Of a stretch of 64,000 nt of DNA, positions 63,198 through 64,000 are shown piece after piece. The position numbers were made by a program, and so were the translations under genes. Positions within the stretch are counted from its first letter, which is position 1. Each line of letters opens with the position of its first letter. The notes under the pieces are model-generated. The model had not been told where the DNA came from. It saw nothing but the letters and a program-made list of their open reading frames with translations, and ran no database searches. The stretch comes from Schmidtea polychroa (lineage: Eukaryota). The DNA lies in NCBI GenBank assembly GCA_044892525.1, contig CM097885.1, forward strand, positions 34,474,001 through 34,538,000. The letters run 5' to 3'.

Positions 63198-64000
63198 TTA
63201 TTTAAAAACACTCAACACACAAGTATTTACTGCATTCTGCACATTAATTTTCGGATTCAATGATTTTATCAAAAACGCCTCACAAATCACACGTTCCCAA
63301 TAATTATCGAAATTTTTTAATAAAATTTTAAAATCAGACATACCTATTTTAATCTTACAGCCCTTATTGTGCTCACCAATATGGGTCAAAGCCTTCGGTC
63401 TACAATGTTCTCGAGCTCGAATACAGAGATGACGGGAAGTCTCTCCAATGTATGTGGCATTACACCCATTACATGTAAACTGATAAACCGGAGTTTTGGA
63501 CTTATTAATAAACATATTGCGTACTTTCCATGAAGTTGACACTATCCTATAGTTTAAATTCCCTAACTGCAATACTAACACAAATTTAGGCTCATCATCC
63601 TTGCTCACACTATTTAATTTATTTAACTCATCAGACTCACACACCTCAACAAAATCAAACCCAGATTTTAACTCATCAGACTCATACATCTCAACAAGAT
63701 CACACCCAGATTTTCTCAAACATGGATCCTTAGGATTTTTAATAAATTTGTCAACAGTCTCTTTCACCATAATTACTAAAAAGGATTTTGAATAACCGTT
63801 CTTCATTAACAATTCAACCAATTCAACACTTTTTACTGAATTTTTAAAAGTAGATGACAAAGACCATGCACGATAAATCAACCCCTTCACCATATTTCTT
63901 TTATACTTGAATTCACAAAAACTTTCGGAAGAAGTATAGAGACCAGTATCAGTTGGTTTTCTATAAATCTCTGTCTCATAGTGTTTCTCTTTGCGTTGTA
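63198..64000 (-). mobile_element. Penelope-like retroelement, 3' part (RT thumb + GIY-YIG endonuclease), running off the window
   Basis: YRKPTDTGLY..YKRNMVKGLIYRAW (PLE RT C-terminus) and VYQFTCNGCNATYIGETSRHL..R.REH..E..LI....PKIN. Confidence 0.88.

Overview
Very AT-rich, repeat-dense eukaryotic DNA, probably from an invertebrate; a planarian-like genome is plausible but cannot be shown from the sequence. The only clear host gene is an intronless cytochrome P450 (4301-5827, -), with an inverted, internally deleted pseudo-copy at ~36097-36961. The centre of the window holds a complete 13.7-kb Maverick/Polinton (adintovirus-like endogenous virus; 14587-28328) with ~247-bp TIRs and a TAAATT target-site duplication (TSD). 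It encodes pPolB, a stand-alone paralog of the pPolB C-terminus, a membrane protein, fiber, penton, adenain protease, core proteins, packaging ATPase, a zinc finger-PLA2-integrase fusion (frameshifted) and a major capsid protein. It sits inside a minisatellite of a second, almost gene-less Maverick-type element (9065-33063; AGT...ACT ends, ~300-bp TIRs, TCTCTC TSD). Each TIR of the inner virus is itself bounded by a 24-bp inverted repeat. The rest is transposon debris: a full-length decayed CsRn1-clade Gypsy LTR element inside a third AGT...ACT foldback-like element, a second Gypsy remnant, hAT, pogo/Tigger and MULE-like remnants, MITEs, the 3' end of a Penelope element, and microsatellites including a 2.2-kb (CAT)n tract. 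Family assignments rest on motifs recognised by eye; no searches were run.
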